DNA from: Bacillales bacterium
Lineage (GTDB): Bacteria > Bacillota_I > Bacilli_A > RF39 > UBA660
Direction of reading: 5' to 3'
Length of the DNA: 39,214 bases
NCBI GenBank assembly: GCA_016291995.1
Contig: JAEEZV010000061.1
Coordinates: 1-39,214 of the forward strand
Each line of letters begins with the position of its first letter. Position 1 is the stretch's first letter. A program made the translations under genes and the position numbers. Positions 1 to 10,595 of this stretch are shown piece after piece. Under the pieces are notes generated by a model. The model made no database searches and was not told the DNA's origin. It was given only the letters and a program-made list of their open reading frames with translations.

Positions 1-807
1 GCTTTGTTCTTCTGTTCCATTTCTTTCAATTACCTCCTTAGCCAAATTAAGATATGCTTTAGTACCTTTTCCTCTTGGATCATAATCCAATATTGTCTTT
101 CCATGACTAGGCGCTTCAGCTAACTTAATAAGTCTTGGTATAATCGTATCATATACCCTTTCTTTAAAGAATTCTTTTATATTACTTATAACTTCTAATC
201 CTAAATTAGTATTTACACTTAACATTGTAAGAAGAACGCCTTCAATATCTAATTTTGGATTTATCCTTCTTTGTGTCATCATTATTGTATTTATTAATTG
301 CATAATACCTTCAAGTGCATAATATTCACATTGTACTGTTATTAACACTGAATCAGCAGCTGCAAGAGCATTTAATGTTAAGAAACCAAGTGATGGTGGA
401 CAGTCAATTAAAATATAATCATATTTGTCTCTTACTTTAACTAACTCATCTTTTAATCTCATTATACGATTAAACTGCATATCCGTATCTTTATACCTTT
501 TTTCAAGTTCTAGGAGTTCCATTTCAGCTCCTGCTAAATTTAAATATGCTGGTATAACGCTTAAATTTACACTTTTGGTTTTTACAATTGCATTTTCAAT
601 AGATGTCTTCATCGTCAACACTTCATAAATACTATTCTCAATTGCTCTTTTATCAAGTCCTACTCCTGTCGTAGCATTTCCTTGAGAATCTAAATCTATC
701 ATAAGTACTTTCTTACCATACATTCCTAAGGCAGCTGCCAAATTTATACTTGTTGTTGTTTTACCAACGCCACCTTTTTGATTTACTACCGCAATTACCT
801 TTCCCAT
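1..807 (-). CDS. soj: ParA/Soj-family chromosome partitioning ATPase (C-terminus runs off the left edge)
   Basis: Absent from the ORF track because no stop is reached. The reverse complement of 807..751 reads MGKVIAVVNQKGGVGKTTT (deviant Walker A KGGxGKT), with DCPPSLG further in. A GAGGTGA RBS lies 6 nt upstream of the ATG. The frame stays open to base 1 (269 codons). Confidence 0.85.
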   Translation of the reverse strand, partial: MGKVIAVVNQKGGVGKTTTSINLAAALGMYGKKVLMIDLDSQGNATTGVGLDKRAIENSIYEVLTMKTSIENAIVKTKSVNLSVIPAYLNLAGAEMELLELEKRYKDTDMQFNRIMRLKDELVKVRDKYDYILIDCPPSLGFLTLNALAAADSVLITVQCEYYALEGIMQLINTIMMTQRRINPKLDIEGVLLTMLSVNTNLGLEVISNIKEFFKERVYDTIIPRLIKLAEAPSHGKTILDYDPRGKGTKAYLNLAKEVIERNGTEEQS

Positions 808-996
808 GACATTTCACCTCATCTAGTAATTAACATATGTCATACATATTCACATATATTTTACCAAATATTTTACAAATTGAAAAGAGATAAATGTCTT
901 TTACCTCCAATATTTCTAAAAATATTATAATTTCTATATAGAATATTATAACACTCACATAACATCATATATTTTACACGTAAATAATTATCAAAT

Positions 997-1025
997 TTGA
1001 CAAAATTAATGTTTTTTGCTATTAT
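997..1025 (+). promoter_or_regulatory. sigma-A-type promoter for the RelB/DinJ-like gene
   Basis: TTGACA (997-1002), a 17-nt spacer, then TATTAT (1020-1025). The AAGAGGTG RBS and the ATG at 1049 follow. Confidence 0.45.
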
Positions 1026-1048
1026 ATACAGCCTGAAAGAGGTGCATT

Positions 1049-1315
1049 ATGGAAAGTATCACTAGTGCCATAAGCGTTCAAGTAGATATGCAAGACAAAG
1101 AAAAGGCCAATGATATCCTTAAAAGCTTAGGGCTAAATATGAGTACTTATGTCAATATGGCAATTAAGCAATTACTATATATGAATGGTTTACCTTTTGA
1201 AGTAAAAAGCCCTGCCAAAGAATCAACTTTTTCTGATAAAGAAATTAATAAATCAAATAATTTTGAAGAACTTGCTAATATGCCAGATTTAGGGACATTT
1301 CTAAATAATGAATAA
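1049..1315 (+). CDS. RelB/DinJ-family (ribbon-helix-helix) antitoxin-like protein with no adjacent toxin gene
   Basis: 88 aa. The N-terminal SVQVDMQDKEKANDILKSLGLNMSTYVNMAIKQLLYMNGLPFEV matches the DinJ/RelB pattern (vriDeelK...GlslS.ain.fl.q......lPF). It has a good RBS and its own terminator. Confidence 0.6.
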   Translation: MESITSAISVQVDMQDKEKANDILKSLGLNMSTYVNMAIKQLLYMNGLPFEVKSPAKESTFSDKEINKSNNFEELANMPDLGTFLNNE

Positions 1316-1337
1316 TAATTATATACTATAGAAGAAG

Positions 1338-1363
1338 AATACTGATTTATATCAGTATTTTTC
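1338..1363 (+). terminator. intrinsic terminator after the RelB/DinJ-like gene
   Basis: AATACTGAT-TTAT-ATCAGTATT hairpin followed by a T-run. Confidence 0.6.
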
Positions 1364-1425
1364 TATTGCTTTTATTTACTTATTACTATTATTTTGCTAT
1401 AATACTAACGAGTTGGAGGTGAATT

Positions 1426-2733
1426 ATGTTTAAGTTACTAAAAGATATAAAAGATGACTATTTAGTAGTTGGAGTTTCTGCAGGACCAGATTCAATGGCA
1501 TTACTCCATATGTTAATTGAAAATGGTAGCAAAAAACTAGTTTGTGCTCACGTAAATCATAATGTTAGAAAAGAAAGCCAAGAAGAAGAAGAGTACTTAC
1601 GTGATTTTTGTAAAAAGAATAACGTTATTTTTGAATGTATGAAAATTGAAAAGTACCATGAAAATAACTTTGAAAACGAAGCTAGAAAGAAAAGATATGC
1701 GTTCTATGAAGAAATACTAAAAAAATATAATTCACACTCTTTATTCTTAGCTCATCATGGTGATGATTTAATTGAAACAGTTCTAATGAAAATAGTCCGT
1801 GGTTCTAACCTTGAAGGATATGCTGGTATTAAGACTATTTCAAAACAAAAAGATTATATTATTCATAGACCACTATTAGAATTTACTAAAGAAGATCTTA
1901 TTAAATATAATAAGGATAATAATATTAAATATTATATTGATAATACCAATACTGATGATAATTATACTAGAAATAGATACAGGAACACCATTGTACCACT
2001 TCTCAAAAAAGAAGATAATGCTGTTCATAAAAAATTCTTGAAGTATTCACACACATTACAAGATTACTACAACTATATCGAAGATGTTGTAAATGAAAAA
2101 ATAGATAAATATTATAAAAACAATACTATTGATATTGATATATTTAATGAAGAACACCCTTTTATGCAAAGAAATATCATTTTCTATTTACTTAGTGCTA
2201 CATATAATAATGAAAGCAATATTATTAAAGATAAACATATCGATGATATTCTCTCATTAATTCAAAGTAACAAACCAAATCAAATCATTTCATTACCAAA
2301 AGGATATTTTGCCAAAAAAGAATATAACATTGTCTCTATTACTAATAAAGTTAAAAATAATGCAGAATATAACATAGAATTTAATGAATATCTTAAAATA
2401 GACGACATGATTATTGAAAAAGTAAATCACTATAACACTGATGGAAATGATGTGTGTAGATTAAATTCTAAAGATATTAAATTACCACTATATATAAGAT
2501 GTAAAAGAGATGGTGACATAATTAGCCCATTAGGTCTAAATGGCACCAAAAAGATAAAAGATATCTTTATTGATGCTAAAATACCTACTGAAGTAAGAAA
2601 CAACTATCCTATCTTAACTGATAGCGAAGATAAAGTTTTATGGATACCTAATATTAAAAAATCAAAATACTGTATCAAAAAAGATGGAAAATATGATATA
2701 ATACTAATTAGTTATAGCGAAAGAGAGGAATAA
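1426..2733 (+). CDS. tilS: tRNA(Ile)-lysidine synthase
   Basis: 435 aa with an N-terminal PP-loop (VGVSAGPDSMALLHML). It lies immediately upstream of ftsH, as in the Bacillus tilS-hprT-ftsH cluster. Confidence 0.9.
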   Translation: MFKLLKDIKDDYLVVGVSAGPDSMALLHMLIENGSKKLVCAHVNHNVRKESQEEEEYLRDFCKKNNVIFECMKIEKYHENNFENEARKKRYAFYEEILKKYNSHSLFLAHHGDDLIETVLMKIVRGSNLEGYAGIKTISKQKDYIIHRPLLEFTKEDLIKYNKDNNIKYYIDNTNTDDNYTRNRYRNTIVPLLKKEDNAVHKKFLKYSHTLQDYYNYIEDVVNEKIDKYYKNNTIDIDIFNEEHPFMQRNIIFYLLSATYNNESNIIKDKHIDDILSLIQSNKPNQIISLPKGYFAKKEYNIVSITNKVKNNAEYNIEFNEYLKIDDMIIEKVNHYNTDGNDVCRLNSKDIKLPLYIRCKRDGDIISPLGLNGTKKIKDIFIDAKIPTEVRNNYPILTDSEDKVLWIPNIKKSKYCIKKDGKYDIILISYSEREE

Positions 2734-2734
2734 A

Positions 2735-4627
2735 ATGAAGAAAAAAGCAAATAGTTTAATGCCATATGTGTTCTTACTATTATTCATCATAACATGTATG
2801 GTTTTTGCAACATTAGGAAGTAAAAAAATTAATGAATTTAATGCCAGTGAATTTATTAGTCACTTAGAAAGTGGTGATATCACTGAATTAACTGTTGTTA
2901 CAAAAGTAAGATCACAAAATTATGAAATTACTGGTAAACTTGATGGATATAAAGACAATGAATCATTTATCCTATATCTACCAGTATCTGAAGAATTTAT
3001 GAAAAAGATTGTAACTGCCCATGATACAAACACTTTTGAACTTACTGTCAAAAAAGACCCTGAAACATCATCATGGCTTACTATCTTAATTGAATATGTT
3101 CCATTATTACTGTTAGGAGTTGGAATGTTCTGGTTATTTACCAGACAACTTGGTGGTAATGGTAAATCAATGGATTTTGGAAGAAGTAAAGCTGTCCTTG
3201 TCGATGGAGAAAAAACTACAACATTTAAAAGTGTTGCCGGTTTAACTGAAGAAAAAGAAGAAGTACAAGAATTAATTGATTTCTTAAAGAATCCAAAGAA
3301 ATTCCAAAGTATGGGAGCAAGAATTCCAAAAGGAGTATTACTTGTTGGCCCTCCAGGAACTGGTAAAACTTTATTAGCAAGAGCTGTTGCTGGTGAAGCA
3401 AAAGTTCCATTCTATTATATTAGTGGTTCTGATTTCGTAGAATTATTCGTTGGTATCGGAGCAGCTCGTGTTAGAGATATGTTCAAACAAGCTAAAATGA
3501 ATGCTCCATGCTTAATCTTTATAGATGAAATAGATGCTGTTGGTAGACAAAGAGGTACTGGACTTGGTGGTGGACATGACGAAAGAGAACAAACACTAAA
3601 CCAATTATTAACAGAAATGGATGGATTTAGTACTAACGAAGGAATAATCATCATTGCTGCAACAAATAGACCTGATGTCTTAGATCCAGCATTACTTAGA
3701 CCAGGAAGATTTGATAGACAAGTAACTGTATCACTTCCAGATAAACAAGCTAGAAAAGAAATTTTAGCTGTTCACGCTAAAAACAAAGTTTTAGATAAAA
3801 GCGTTACACTTGATAATTTAGCAAAAAGAACTCCAGGATTTTCTGGAGCAGATCTAGAGAATTTATTAAATGAAGCTGCTCTTCTTACTGTAAGAAGAAA
3901 TAAAAAAGCTATTACAATGTCTGAAATAGATGAAGCTACTGATAGAGTCTTAATGGGACCTGCTAAGGTAACTAAAAAATATACTGAAAAAGAAAAGAAA
4001 TTGGTTGCTTATCATGAGGCTGGCCATGCCGTTCTTGGTATTAAATTAGATGGTGCTAATGAAGTTCAAAAAATAACTATTATACCTAGAGGACATGCTG
4101 GTGGATATACGATGATGACACCAAAAGAAGATACATTCACATCAACAGAAAATGAATTACTTGAAGCTATTTGTGGCTTACTTGGTGGACGTGTATCTGA
4201 AGAATTAACATTTAAAGAAGTTACTACCGGTGCACACGATGACTTTAAAAAGGCTACCGATATTGCCAGAAGAATGGTTACTGAATATGGTATGTCATCA
4301 CTTGGACCAATCATGTATGATGAACCAAATGAAAATACCTTCTTAGGTCGTGACTATGCTAAAAATAAGAATTTTTCTGAAACAATATCACAAGAAATTG
4401 ATTCAGAAATTAGAAGAATTATTAATGAATGTTACGAAAAGACAAAGAAGATACTTAAAGAAAATAGTAGTCTATTAAAACTAATAGCTGAAACTTTATT
4501 GGAAGAAGAAACAATTACAAAAGAACAAATAGATTCATTGGTAGAAACAGGACATCTTCCTCAAACTGAATCAGTAGATAAAGAAGAAGTTAAAGAAGAA
4601 AAAGAAATAGAAAAAAAGAGTGAGTAA
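2735..4627 (+). CDS. ftsH: ATP-dependent zinc metalloprotease FtsH
   Basis: 630 aa with two N-terminal TM segments, Walker A GPPGTGKT, Walker B LIFIDEID and the zinc motif HEAGHA. Confidence 0.97.
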   Translation: MKKKANSLMPYVFLLLFIITCMVFATLGSKKINEFNASEFISHLESGDITELTVVTKVRSQNYEITGKLDGYKDNESFILYLPVSEEFMKKIVTAHDTNTFELTVKKDPETSSWLTILIEYVPLLLLGVGMFWLFTRQLGGNGKSMDFGRSKAVLVDGEKTTTFKSVAGLTEEKEEVQELIDFLKNPKKFQSMGARIPKGVLLVGPPGTGKTLLARAVAGEAKVPFYYISGSDFVELFVGIGAARVRDMFKQAKMNAPCLIFIDEIDAVGRQRGTGLGGGHDEREQTLNQLLTEMDGFSTNEGIIIIAATNRPDVLDPALLRPGRFDRQVTVSLPDKQARKEILAVHAKNKVLDKSVTLDNLAKRTPGFSGADLENLLNEAALLTVRRNKKAITMSEIDEATDRVLMGPAKVTKKYTEKEKKLVAYHEAGHAVLGIKLDGANEVQKITIIPRGHAGGYTMMTPKEDTFTSTENELLEAICGLLGGRVSEELTFKEVTTGAHDDFKKATDIARRMVTEYGMSSLGPIMYDEPNENTFLGRDYAKNKNFSETISQEIDSEIRRIINECYEKTKKILKENSSLLKLIAETLLEEETITKEQIDSLVETGHLPQTESVDKEEVKEEKEIEKKSE

Positions 4628-4640
4628 TCACTCTTTTTTA
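4611..4640. terminator. bidirectional terminator between convergent ftsH and divIC
   Basis: AGAGTGA-GTAA-TCACTCT hairpin with an A-run on one side and a T-run on the other. It overlaps both stop codons. Confidence 0.6.
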
Positions 4641-4949
4641 ATCGTCAATTCTAAGTATTATTTCATCCTTCTTTGAATAAAAATACTTTTCTCTAACGTA
4701 TTTTGCAATATAATCTGAATCATTAAGTTTTAATATATCTGCTTCAAGTGTCTCTTTTTCACTAGCTAGTTCATTAATCTTAGCTAAAAGTTCTTTCTTT
4801 GAATCATTCATTCTTTTGATGCTTAACACATTACTAAACAAATTATATCCTAATATGGCAGTAATTGTACCAAATACGACAAAAGCTAATAAGAATCTAA
4901 TTTTACTCTTTGAAGTTTTTCTGCTTTTTTTCTTCATATTTGTCTTCAC
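4638..4949 (-). CDS. divIC: septum formation initiator FtsB/DivIC family
   Basis: 103 aa with a basic N-terminus, a single TM segment (FLLAFVVFGTITAILGY) and a coiled coil. It follows yabP-yabQ as in B. subtilis. Confidence 0.7.
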   Translation of the reverse strand: MKTNMKKKSRKTSKSKIRFLLAFVVFGTITAILGYNLFSNVLSIKRMNDSKKELLAKINELASEKETLEADILKLNDSDYIAKYVREKYFYSKKDEIILRIDD

Positions 4950-5015
4950 CGCCTATCCGTCTATTCTCATTATAGCACAGCCCGTAAAATTTACAAGAAA
5001 AAAAAGAATACTTTT

Positions 5016-5303
5016 TTACATTTTCTTTTTTATGTGTAAAGAAGACTTTGTTAATAAATAAGAAAATATATAACCAACCAATATTGAAACAATGAAATAA
5101 ATATGTAAATAACCATTATTTATATAAAGTAAACCCACAAAATAAAATATTGCCATACCCATAGTAAATATAAAAGAAAAAATTATTCTTAAAATAACTT
5201 TTTTCACATAAACAAAATTATAAAATATATCAAGTAAAATATAAAATATACATCCAAATAAAAAAGAATATCCTAATGAATATATTTGTATATCAAGTTT
5301 CAT
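5016..5303 (-). CDS. yabQ: spore cortex biosynthesis membrane protein YabQ
   Basis: 95 aa polytopic membrane protein. It is start/stop-coupled to yabP and sits in the yabP-yabQ-divIC order. Confidence 0.6.
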   Translation of the reverse strand: MKLDIQIYSLGYSFLFGCIFYILLDIFYNFVYVKKVILRIIFSFIFTMGMAIFYFVGLLYINNGYLHIYFIVSILVGYIFSYLLTKSSLHIKKKM

Positions 5304-5623
5304 TACTTAAATAACTTACCAAAGAAAGATTCTTCTTTATTTTTACCATTTAATGTATCGCTATATGATAAACTATCAATTTCTCCTTTAATAGATACAG
5401 TTCCCTGATATGTATCTAATTTAACAATTTCCAAATCTTTCCCTTTAATATGTAAAAAACCTAATGTCGTATCCATTAAAAATTCTTCACTATCAAACGT
5501 TTCTATTTTTTTTACCCCTGTAACTACGATGTTCTTTCTTTCAGCCATACTAATACCATGATTAAAATTTGTTTCTAATTCCTTTACTTTGTCCATATAA
5601 TCACCTAGTAAAGTATATGCCAA
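5303..5623 (-). CDS. yabP: sporulation protein YabP
   Basis: 106 aa. The beta-rich repeat pattern (VTGVKKIETFDSEEF...LHIKGKDLEI..LD...GTVSIKGEI) is typical of the YabP/YqfC family, and the synteny fits. Confidence 0.75.
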   Translation of the reverse strand: MAYTLLGDYMDKVKELETNFNHGISMAERKNIVVTGVKKIETFDSEEFLMDTTLGFLHIKGKDLEIVKLDTYQGTVSIKGEIDSLSYSDTLNGKNKEESFFGKLFK

Positions 5624-5637
5624 CTATTTTTATATAT

Positions 5638-5662
5638 AACAAAAAAACACCAAAAGGTGTTT
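5638..5662 (-). terminator. intrinsic terminator after spoVG
   Basis: The minus strand reads AACACC-TTTT-GGTGTT followed by TTTTTT. Confidence 0.6.
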
Positions 5663-5918
5663 ATTCTGCTTTTTCATAAGCTTCAACTATTTCTTTTTCA
5701 AATACTTGACGAGTTTCAGAATTAATTGGATGAGCTATATCTCTATATCCACCTGTAGATGTTTGTCTACTTGGCATAGCGATAAACAATCCATTGTCAC
5801 CCTCGATAATTCTAATGTCATGTACTGCAAAACAATCATCTAATAGTACTGAAGCGATTCCTTTCATTCTTGAATTCTCTTTGTCAATTTTCTTAACTGT
5901 AACTGACGTAATCTTCAT
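5661..5918 (-). CDS. spoVG: septation/sporulation regulator SpoVG
   Basis: 85 aa. MKITSVTV...[31 protein letters not shown]......YRDIAHPIN is a near-canonical SpoVG sequence. Confidence 0.95.
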   Translation of the reverse strand: MKITSVTVKKIDKENSRMKGIASVLLDDCFAVHDIRIIEGDNGLFIAMPSRQTSTGGYRDIAHPINSETRQVFEKEIVEAYEKAE

Positions 5919-6005
5919 TGTGCTTACACTCCTCTTCTAGAAAATATCATTTTCTAATTACATTTTAATCCATATAAACATTAAAAGTCAAGTAATTTGT
6001 CACAA

Positions 6006-6221
6006 TTATATGTATATTTGAATAGTTTTTGTAATAATATCGATATAATTAAAACTCTTAATTTCTCCACTCGGTAATTTAATTATAAAAAGATTAGCAT
6101 ATAATTTCCATAGTATACCCTTATAATGCTCTTTTTTATTTCTTCCTCCATAATAAATAACATATATTTTTGAACCAATTTTAGTACATAAATATTTTTT
6201 AATATAACATACGTTCATCAT
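6006..6221 (-). CDS. veg: Veg-family (DUF1021) small protein
   Basis: 71 aa with the pattern GGRNKKEHYKGIL...Y...FII.L..GE.KSF.Y.DI.T. It lies immediately downstream of yabG as in B. subtilis, with a 4-nt start/stop overlap. Confidence 0.7.
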   Translation of the reverse strand: MMNVCYIKKYLCTKIGSKIYVIYYGGRNKKEHYKGILWKLYANLFIIKLPSGEIKSFNYIDIITKTIQIYI

Positions 6222-6973
6222 CTTGGATACCCAATATACATACTACCCTTTGTTATAATGCCGCCCATTCCTGATGGACCATATTTCGTTTTACTTAATA
6301 TTTTAATTATATCAATATCTTCACTTTTATTTGAAAAAGAAAGCGATGCTGCCACAATTGCCGGATCTAATGCATGAATGTTAATTCTTTTAGGACTAGA
6401 AGCAAAATTAGCTCCCGCTTTAATTAAATCCTCATAATTAGATTGACAAGCACCAGCAATAATAAATAATTTTTCATGATCTTTTTCATATTTTCTAGCA
6501 TTCGTAACTGCTAATACAAAATTAGAAGTATTTTTATATTTATCCCTTTTACTTCTAGAAAAAGAATCATGCCCAGTCAAAACTAATATATCAGGATTGT
6601 ATTGTTCCAACAACACTCCTACTTTTTCTGGCATTTCATCTTCAGATAAATATATCCCATACGCCCTTAATTTGTTTTTTTTATAAAATTCCATACATTT
6701 ATCTAGATAATCATTATCACCATCAATATGCAGTATTCTACCCGGAAGATAAAAATACTCATTTCTATCTAAATCACGATATTCATCCATTACTGGTACA
6801 AATTTATCATCTTCTTTTCCATTATATAACACCAAATCTTCTACAGGACTATCAGCATATAATCTAACACTTACTCCGTTTAAATAATAAGTATTGTCAT
6901 TTACACCAATTATTTTAAAGACTATATCATTATTGTATGATTTCCTAGTAACATAATCCCCAATATTAAACAC
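6218..6973 (-). CDS. yabG: sporulation-specific protease YabG
   Basis: 251 aa. The N-terminal IGDYVTRKSYNNDIVFKIIG is characteristic of YabG, and the yabG-veg synteny fits. Confidence 0.8.
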   Translation of the reverse strand: MFNIGDYVTRKSYNNDIVFKIIGVNDNTYYLNGVSVRLYADSPVEDLVLYNGKEDDKFVPVMDEYRDLDRNEYFYLPGRILHIDGDNDYLDKCMEFYKKNKLRAYGIYLSEDEMPEKVGVLLEQYNPDILVLTGHDSFSRSKRDKYKNTSNFVLAVTNARKYEKDHEKLFIIAGACQSNYEDLIKAGANFASSPKRINIHALDPAIVAASLSFSNKSEDIDIIKILSKTKYGPSGMGGIITKGSMYIGYPR

Positions 6974-7024
6974 ATTATCACCGATATAATTCTATGTAAA
7001 AAAAAAGAAAAAATGATTTTTTCT

Positions 7025-7957
7025 TTATTTTATAATTACGGTACCAGATTTTCCTGAAATAGCATCTTTGGCCTTCTCTAGTGAACCAATAATAGCTTTT
7101 TTTGTTGGACTAGACTTAACAAATTCGACACAAGCTTCAACCTTAGGTAACATACTACCCTTAGCAAATTGTTCTTCTTCCATGTATTTTTGTGCCTCTG
7201 CGATTGTCATTTTATCTAATTCTTTTTCATTTTCTGTATTAAAATTAATACATACCTTTGGAACGGCGGTCAAAATTAATAGCATATCGGCATCTATTTC
7301 CTTAGCAAGTAAAGCTGCTGAACGGTCTTTGTCTATTACCGCAGCAACACCACAAACTTTTTCGTTTTCCTTAATAACAGGAATACCTCCACCACCGACA
7401 GCAATTACTAGATTTCCATTATCAACAAGTAATTTGATAACTTTTTTCTCTAGAATATCTTTTGGTTGTGGAGAAGCTACGACACGACGGTATCCTCTAC
7501 CAGCATCTTCGACAAATGTATATCCTTTTTCCGCTACTATTATATCGGCTTCCTCTTTTGAATAAAATTTACCTATTGGTTTCGTCGGATTTTGAAATGC
7601 TTTATCCTCTTTATCTACAAGTACCTGTGTGACAACTGTTACACAGTCTTTTTTAATATGCTGATTACGAAGTTCGTTTTGTAAACATTGTTGAAGTTGA
7701 TAGCCAATATATCCTTGGCTCATACTTCCGCATTCAGCAAAAGGCATTGATGGCGTTTTAACCTCTCCGTTGGCAGCATAATCCATAGCAAGTAAAATTT
7801 GGCCTACTTGTGGACCATTACCATGTGTTAAAACAATTTCATTCCCTTCCTTGACAAGATCTACGATTATTTTAGAAACATTCTCTAAAAGATTTAATTG
7901 TTCTTCCGGTGTATTTCCTAAAGCATTACCTCCTAGAGCAATAACTATTTTACTCAT
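7025..7957 (-). CDS. arcC: carbamate kinase (last gene of the agmatine deiminase cluster)
   Basis: 310 aa with the MSKIVIALGGNALG N-terminus, HGNGPQVG and a GGGGIPV glycine loop. Confidence 0.9.
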   Translation of the reverse strand: MSKIVIALGGNALGNTPEEQLNLLENVSKIIVDLVKEGNEIVLTHGNGPQVGQILLAMDYAANGEVKTPSMPFAECGSMSQGYIGYQLQQCLQNELRNQHIKKDCVTVVTQVLVDKEDKAFQNPTKPIGKFYSKEEADIIVAEKGYTFVEDAGRGYRRVVASPQPKDILEKKVIKLLVDNGNLVIAVGGGGIPVIKENEKVCGVAAVIDKDRSAALLAKEIDADMLLILTAVPKVCINFNTENEKELDKMTIAEAQKYMEEEQFAKGSMLPKVEACVEFVKSSPTKKAIIGSLEKAKDAISGKSGTVIIK

Positions 7958-8027
7958 AATCCACCTACTTTCATTATCAGTATAACATAGTCATTTTTTA
8001 TGGTAAAGAAAAGAATTATGGTTTACA

Positions 8028-8056
8028 AAAAAAAGACTGTGTTTTTACACACAATC
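8028..8056 (-). terminator. intrinsic terminator after aguA
   Basis: The minus-strand RNA reads AGAUUGUG-UGUAAAAA-CACAGUCU followed by a U8 run. Confidence 0.55.
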
Positions 8057-9163
8057 TTATTTTCCATTTCCTTTAGGAACTTGTTGCGTAATACAATGAA
8101 TATTTCCACCACCTAGCAAGATTTCTCTTGCATAAACAGTTTCAATCTTTCTGCCTGGATAAAGTTTTTTAAGTAATCTAATAGCCTTCTTATCGTTAGG
8201 ATCACCAAATACTGGTAAAGCAACAAAACCATTACCTGTATAGTAATTAACGTAAGAACCAGCCATTCTATCTCCTTCCATTCTAGGAAGCGTTCCATCG
8301 ACAGAATCGACGCCTTCGCTTTCCTCCTTAGTAATAACTATTGGAGATGGACAAGATAATTTATGAATTACTAACTTTCTTCCTTTGGCATCTGTTTCCT
8401 TACTTAGATAATTATATGCCTCAATACTTCTTTCGTATTGTGGATCATCTTGATTATCTGTCCAAGCAAGAACAACTTCTCCTGGTTTAACGAAATTGCA
8501 CATATTATCAATATGACCATTCGTATCAATATCGCCATATACGCCTCTTGGAACCCATAAAACTTTTTCAACATTCAAATAGTCTTTTAATTTCTTTTCT
8601 ATTTGATCTTTTGTTAAATGTGGATTTCTATCTGGAGCTAATAAACATTCAGCAGTTACCATTGCTGTTCCTTCACCATCGACATGAATTGATCCTCCTT
8701 CTAGGATAAAATCACCAGCATCATAACTATCTACAGCCTCTAGTTCAGCTATTTTTCCACCAAGTTGATCATCAAAATCCCAAGGATAATATATACCTTC
8801 GATTAGTCCACCATATGCATTGAATCCCCAATCGACAGCACGTACTGTTCCTTTATCATTTACGACAAAAGAAGGTCCACTATCTCTAACCCAAGAATCA
8901 TTATTACTCATTTCGACAACTCTAACCTTAGGTCCTACCATATTTCTAGCATTTATATATTGATCTTGATTTACAAGAATCGTTATTGGTTCATACTTTG
9001 CAATTACATTAGCTACCTCTGCAAAAACCTTTTGTGCAGGCTTTGCTCCGTTACGCCAATTATCTGGTCTTTGTGGCCATATAATATATGTACCTGCATG
9101 TTTTTCAAACTCACCAGGCATTCTAAATCCATCATGTTTTGGAGTAGATTTTAATCTTTTCAT
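8057..9163 (-). CDS. aguA: agmatine deiminase
   Basis: 368 aa. N-terminal [18 protein letters not shown], and C-terminal [11 protein letters not shown] carrying the catalytic Cys. Confidence 0.92.
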   Translation of the reverse strand: MKRLKSTPKHDGFRMPGEFEKHAGTYIIWPQRPDNWRNGAKPAQKVFAEVANVIAKYEPITILVNQDQYINARNMVGPKVRVVEMSNNDSWVRDSGPSFVVNDKGTVRAVDWGFNAYGGLIEGIYYPWDFDDQLGGKIAELEAVDSYDAGDFILEGGSIHVDGEGTAMVTAECLLAPDRNPHLTKDQIEKKLKDYLNVEKVLWVPRGVYGDIDTNGHIDNMCNFVKPGEVVLAWTDNQDDPQYERSIEAYNYLSKETDAKGRKLVIHKLSCPSPIVITKEESEGVDSVDGTLPRMEGDRMAGSYVNYYTGNGFVALPVFGDPNDKKAIRLLKKLYPGRKIETVYAREILLGGGNIHCITQQVPKGNGK

Positions 9164-9186
9164 TCTAACCTCCTTTATTCTTTTAT

Positions 9187-10593
9187 TTATTTACTCTCTT
9201 TTTCAACTTTTACTCTTGCAACTAAAATTTCTTCAATTATAAACGAAATAACTACACCAACTATAAGAGGTATATTATCTTGAATATACTCAAGACTAAA
9301 GTCACCAAATATAGTAAATACAACACCAAGAACTAAGATTATGAACGGTACTATTGCAAGTACTTTTATCATACCTTCGCCACCTGGTACTTTATAAACT
9401 CTTTTAGTTTTTGGATCTGTTTTTCTAAGTTTAAGGAATGCTAAGAACATTGGAATATATCCAACAAGTAATGTTATCCAACTTAAGCAGAAGAATAAAC
9501 TAAATCCTGCACCAAAGTCTTCGCTAATTAAGTTAGCAATTACCCCGCCAACAACAATTACTGATGCAACTACACCATTGATAATTGCTGCGTTTACTGG
9601 AACTCCTTCTTTGTTAACTTTAGAAAATCCTTTAGGTAATGCTCCATCATCTGCTGCATATTTTGCTACAGCATTAACACCGAATGACCAAGAAGCAATG
9701 TTTGCAATAAATGTATAAATAAACATTAAACCACAAACAATTAATAATACTTTAAGTAATGCTGGAGCAATTCCTACACTAACAAATAATGTATTTAAAA
9801 CTTCAACAACATTTTCAGGATCCATTTCTGCAACTACATCAGGATTTAATGCAATGTTAAATCCTGTAGCAGGTAAAACATAGAATACTGCCATTAAAAG
9901 TCCACCAAAAATTAAAGCCTTTGGTATATCTTTTTTAGGATTATCCATATCATCTACCCAAGTACCAACAACTTCAAATCCCATGAAATTGAATAGAATA
10001 ATTGAAATAAATGATAATGATCCTAGATCAAGTGATGGCAATAAATCAGATACACTAGTAATTGGATTTGCACTATGTCCAGTTTTAATAACTGAATAAA
10101 TACCTAAAATACCAATTCCTAGAAGTAATATAATTTTAAATGCTGTTCCTGTATTAACAACTTCTTTACTTTCTCCAATTCTCTTAGTACTCAAGAAAGT
10201 TACTAACCATACATAACCTAATTGAAGTAGTAATAATGCCCATATTGGTAAATCAATACTGAATATTCCTGCAACAATATCAGTTAATGCAACAGCAAGT
10301 GAAGCAATCCATAGTGGGAAGTTAACCCAATAGTTCCATGCTACACGTCCAGCCCATTTAGGACCAAATGCTTTTTTTACCCAATCGTATAATCCTCCCT
10401 CACTTGGATAACTTGTACCAAGTTCTGCAGTAATCATACCATATGGTAAACAAAAGCCAATTAATAGTAATGCCCACCAAAAATATTGCGTATTTCCAAT
10501 TGCTGCTGTTGGCATTACAGATTCACATACTAGAGTCAAACAAACAGTTCCTAGTATGGCATCAAACAATCTAAATTTTTTCTTTTTTTCCAT
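9187..10593 (-). CDS. aguD: APC-family amino acid permease, probable agmatine:putrescine antiporter
   Basis: 468 aa and about 12 hydrophobic segments. It sits between the carbamoyltransferase and agmatine deiminase genes, as in the enterococcal aguBDAC cluster. Confidence 0.7.
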   Translation of the reverse strand: MEKKKKFRLFDAILGTVCLTLVCESVMPTAAIGNTQYFWWALLLIGFCLPYGMITAELGTSYPSEGGLYDWVKKAFGPKWAGRVAWNYWVNFPLWIASLAVALTDIVAGIFSIDLPIWALLLLQLGYVWLVTFLSTKRIGESKEVVNTGTAFKIILLLGIGILGIYSVIKTGHSANPITSVSDLLPSLDLGSLSFISIILFNFMGFEVVGTWVDDMDNPKKDIPKALIFGGLLMAVFYVLPATGFNIALNPDVVAEMDPENVVEVLNTLFVSVGIAPALLKVLLIVCGLMFIYTFIANIASWSFGVNAVAKYAADDGALPKGFSKVNKEGVPVNAAIINGVVASVIVVGGVIANLISEDFGAGFSLFFCLSWITLLVGYIPMFLAFLKLRKTDPKTKRVYKVPGGEGMIKVLAIVPFIILVLGVVFTIFGDFSLEYIQDNIPLIVGVVISFIIEEILVARVKVEKESK

Positions 10594-10595
10594 AA

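Noticed and set aside
972-987. TTTTACACGTAAATAA in the parA upstream region as an eighth, degenerate parS
   Set aside because: It matches the parS 16-mer at only 11 of 16 positions and has lost the palindrome arms. That is indistinguishable from chance in AT-rich DNA.
3225-4314. Antisense ORFs inside ftsH (3225..3410, 3415..3654, 4066..4314), and similar ones inside arcC (7068..7565), aguA, rsmA, metG, mfd, rsmI, dnaX, gyrA, gyrB, dnaA and the HerA-like gene
   Set aside because: These are shadow ORFs fully contained in strongly supported genes on the opposite strand. None has a recognisable motif.
4816-5061. 81-aa plus-strand ORF spanning the divIC-yabQ junction
   Set aside because: It is antisense to divIC and yabQ, is low-complexity and has no RBS.
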